DNA of 49,419 bases from a virus. The stretch lies in IMG/VR virus record IMGVR_UViG_3300011443_000005. One strand, given 5' to 3'. Every line of letters starts with the position of its first letter. Position 1 is the first letter of the stretch. Position numbers and translations under genes: made by a program. Positions 46,828 through 49,419 of the stretch are shown one piece after another. The notes beneath the pieces are model-generated. The model did not search any database. It saw nothing but the letters and a program-made list of their open reading frames with translations, and was not told the DNA's origin.

Positions 46828-49419
46828 GCAATGCAGGATCAATACCAATTAATTGCTCCGCTTCGGATGAAAGAGCCGCTTGTACCATCTGAGCAAACAT
46901 TGGGCGTTGAGCTTCAGGAAGAGCTTCAAAGACTCGTGCGAGCTTTGGAACATTTTGGCGAAGACGGATTGCTTGAATGTCCTGGGGCTTTACCTGGATG
47001 TCCAGACCTGGATACCGCTGTTTGAATTCCCCACGAATGGAAACAGCTTTCTTAATATCGTTGTCGTCAAAGGCTGCTTCCAGATACATTCTCTTATAGC
47101 CACGAATCTGTTCAGCTTGCTTGGTAATGTAATATTGAAGTTCCTGCTCCTTCTTAATATCTGTGTTGCCGCCAGGAAGAAGACCCAAAGCCTCTGCATA
47201 TAACTGTGTGGGGGTAACGTAACCAATCAATGCACCCTTGGGATCACGCATAGCAATCCGTCCATCCGGTGCTGGCTGTGTATAATCCGCGTACTTCTTG
47301 GCAACTAACGGAGCAACAGAGGGAGCAAAGGCGGTAGCTGCTCTAGAAGCAGCAACACCACCAGGAACCAGCAGAGGTAATTGCCGCTTGAAAGACCCCT
47401 CTTCCCCAAAGAGAGCAGCAGCAGGAAGAGACAATGCTGGGGGAACAAATGGGAAGGGATAGAATGGAGCATCCTTGTATGGGTACGGCAATGCTCCAGG
47501 CATGAGAGAGCCGGAAAGATCAAGCCCAAGGGACTTCCCACCCTCGTAAGTTACTGCTGAAGCAAGTAAAGCTCTACCCATTGTCCCTAGATTGCGTCCC
47601 AAGACGTTCTGAGCACCCGAACCTAATTCCTGGGCTGGACCCATGAGGAAGCCGAGATAACGCATTGGGAAGCGTAGGAACTGGCTTGTGAGTGGCCCTG
47701 CGTTGGCCAGGAGGGCAGGCATATTCTCTGGGCCGGTGAGGAACTGTGTCGCTTCCACGACACGTCTCGCTATCGGGACAGTTTCAGCAACACTTAAGCC
47801 CTCACGAGCACCACGAGCGAGAGTACCTTCGAACGCGGAAAGCCGGTTGAAAGCCTCTGTTGCTTGAAACAGACTCATCATACCCGCTTTAATTCGATCC
47901 ACCTTGGTAGGCTTATGTCCCAACAAAGCAGACTGCTTCCATGCGTTACCAAGAATGGAACCAACTGATCCACCAGCTAATGCTTCTTCTGTTAGTGGTG
48001 TTACTGCTAGTCCTTCTTTAACAAACTCAGGAAAACTACGTAGCAATGCTTGATCGTGAGTTAGCCCTGAACCTCTAGACTTAAAATACTCTGGAGCTTT
48101 CTTTAGGACATTACCCATTCCCTCCAAAGTTCCCCTAAGACCTATGGTAGGAACAGTGGTTAACACCGATTGCGTTAGGTTATAAAACGCACTAACCGGA
48201 TTCGCACCCAAAGCTCCCAGGTAAAGATGAGAAGCAATCTTTCCATTGAGATTCTTGAGATTAAATATTCCCCTGTCTTCTTTCAATCGCTCCGTAAACC
48301 AGCCTTTAAGCTCAGTGGGTAGCAATTTACCAATAGGGCCAGATTCAATCTGTTGTATGGCCCCATACTTTAAGTCTGACCAATGTGCGGAAGCAATGAA
48401 TTGTTTATATGTTTGCCTACCAAGAGCAACAGGCACAAAGGTGTCCCGAAGCATTTTGGCACGGATGATGTTGTGTGGTTTAGCAGAAGACTCTAATGCT
48501 TCGGCAGCTTGAAGAATGTCTCGTCCATGCCCCTTAACTGTCCAACCAAAAGCTCTAGCGTTGGAGTGGAGATATGCGGAAGAGACAGTATTGAAGTCTA
48601 AACTATACGGAAGAACCTTTGAAGAGGATTGGAGCCTGCTTGTAATTCTTGAAGGCAATGTAGGATCAAGCAGGTATTCTTTGATACGTTCCAAGTCTTT
48701 TGGATCAGGGAGCATCTTCCCACGTTTGAGAAGGGCATGAGGACTACTTACCGCACCAGCAGCGGAATAAGCCAGTCTGCCCGAAGCTGCTTCCGATGGT
48801 GGAACACCCCGCATCAGGAATTGAGCCTCATCACGAATATCAGAGAGATACCCACGAGAAACCATTTCAGGAAAATAGTGTTCCTGCTTTCTAATCAGAT
48901 TGGTGGAGAAGCCTGCATTGTTAAGTTGTTCAAGCACCTGTCGTTTAATGGCGGATTGCTTGGCAAGGACTTTTCTAACAAGCTCCGGTCTGGTACGGGA
49001 AGGTAGTTTTGCCAATTCTTCAAATTGGCGAAGGCCAATCCTTGCTTCCTGAGTAGCCTGAAGTAAGGCTCGTTGTTCCACAGAACCATAAACTTTTGAC
49101 CAGACATTATTGAAAGTGCTCCTTGCATCTTTTGTAAGAGTATCAAATGCTGGACCCAATTGAATAGGTTTGGTGATTTTCCCCTCCCAACCCTTTAGAC
49201 GAGCAATAAGAAGAGTTCCCAGCTTCTTATTAAATTCCTGGCCGGAAGCAGCTTCATACTTTGTAATGGCAGAGCCTAGAGCGACAGCGTGTTCTGTCCA
49301 GAAACCCTCAACTTCCCGAAGCAGACTTTTATAGGTTGTGGGCAGATCACTCTTTCCAGCAGGTAAAGCATGATAGATGTCGTCAAAGCTACCAAAAACA
49401 GAAGTACGAAGCATTCCAA
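46727..49419 (-). CDS. Large virion-associated protein (895 aa from ATG 49414; about 993 aa if it starts at GTG 412 across the junction)
   Basis: Longest late-arm ORF. The central region is rich in Gly/Ala/Leu hydrophobic segments. The ejection, core or tape-measure-like role is inference from size and position. Confidence 0.7.
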   Translation of the reverse strand, partial: GMLRTSVFGSFDDIYHALPAGKSDLPTTYKSLLREVEGFWTEHAVALGSAITKYEAASGQEFNKKLGTLLIARLKGWEGKITKPIQLGPAFDTLTKDARSTFNNVWSKVYGSVEQRALLQATQEARIGLRQFEELAKLPSRTRPELVRKVLAKQSAIKRQVLEQLNNAGFSTNLIRKQEHYFPEMVSRGYLSDIRDEAQFLMRGVPPSEAASGRLAYSAAGAVSSPHALLKRGKMLPDPKDLERIKEYLLDPTLPSRITSRLQSSSKVLPYSLDFNTVSSAYLHSNARAFGWTVKGHGRDILQAAEALESSAKPHNIIRAKMLRDTFVPVALGRQTYKQFIASAHWSDLKYGAIQQIESGPIGKLLPTELKGWFTERLKEDRGIFNLKNLNGKIASHLYLGALGANPVSAFYNLTQSVLTTVPTIGLRGTLEGMGNVLKKAPEYFKSRGSGLTHDQALLRSFPEFVKEGLAVTPLTEEALAGGSVGSILGNAWKQSALLGHKPTKVDRIKAGMMSLFQATEAFNRLSAFEGTLARGAREGLSVAETVPIARRVVEATQFLTGPENMPALLANAGPLTSQFLRFPMRYLGFLMGPAQELGSGAQNVLGRNLGTMGRALLASAVTYEGGKSLGLDLSGSLMPGALPYPYKDAPFYPFPFVPPALSLPAAALFGEEGSFKRQLPLLVPGGVAASRAATAFAPSVAPLVAKKYADYTQPAPDGRIAMRDPKGALIGYVTPTQLYAEALGLLPGGNTDIKKEQELQYYITKQAEQIRGYKRMYLEAAFDDNDIKKAVSIRGEFKQRYPGLDIQVKPQDIQAIRLRQNVPKLARVFEALPEAQRPMFAQMVQAALSSEAEQLIGIDPALLTQPKRLPEYYQTWMKPETSGIEQQLQQQFGSR
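49297..49419. repeat. Terminal direct repeat, copy B (identical to 1..123)
   Basis: See copy A. Confidence 0.95.

Overview
The first 123 nt are identical to the last 123 nt, so the window is one complete, closed tailed-phage genome with a unique length of 49,296 bp. It has two divergent arms separated by a non-coding control region of about 870 nt (23422..24287).

**Leftward (minus) arm, packaging and virion genes.** It runs from 23421 down to 1 and continues across the junction to 46727. Its recognisable genes, in order of transcription:
- TerL, which is clearly recognisable
- portal, scaffold and major capsid, assigned by size and gene order
- an adaptor-like gene, then a 991-aa nozzle-like gene
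- a run of large Ala/Gly/Gln-rich proteins that look like ejection or internal-core proteins
- three tandem small paralogues, and a gene of about 900-990 aa that spans the junction

**Rightward (plus) arm, early and replication genes (24288..46827).** Its recognisable content:
- many small Cys-rich or zinc-ribbon proteins
- a DUF2786-like protein, a Cas4/RecB-like nuclease, and a family-A DNA polymerase fused to a UDG-like domain
- a gp32-like SSB, a DnaB-like helicase, and a zinc-finger/TOPRIM primase
- an XRE-type HTH protein and a RuvC-like resolvase
- host-like csrA and groES homologues, lipoproteins, and a candidate unimolecular spanin

I could not recognise a phage RNA polymerase, integrase, CRISPR array or endolysin.

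**Leads that ordinary annotation does not explain:**
1. A conserved start-associated motif, GGGAGTAACA plus 3-4 nt plus the start codon, sits at seven early genes. There are two more orphan copies. The phage also encodes CsrA, so a phage-run translational shut-off circuit is possible.
2. A four-gene minus-strand cassette (29769..32004) is embedded in the plus arm. Its 410-nt control region carries two perfect TTGTGA-N6-TCACAA (CRP-type) palindromes and divergent TTGACA promoters.
3. An island with visibly higher G+C (about 44280..45300) follows groES. It holds small ORFs, two hairpins with conserved GAGAGA loops and compensatory stem changes, and a non-canonical tRNA-like element.

All functional calls rest on motifs read by eye. 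No database search was possible.
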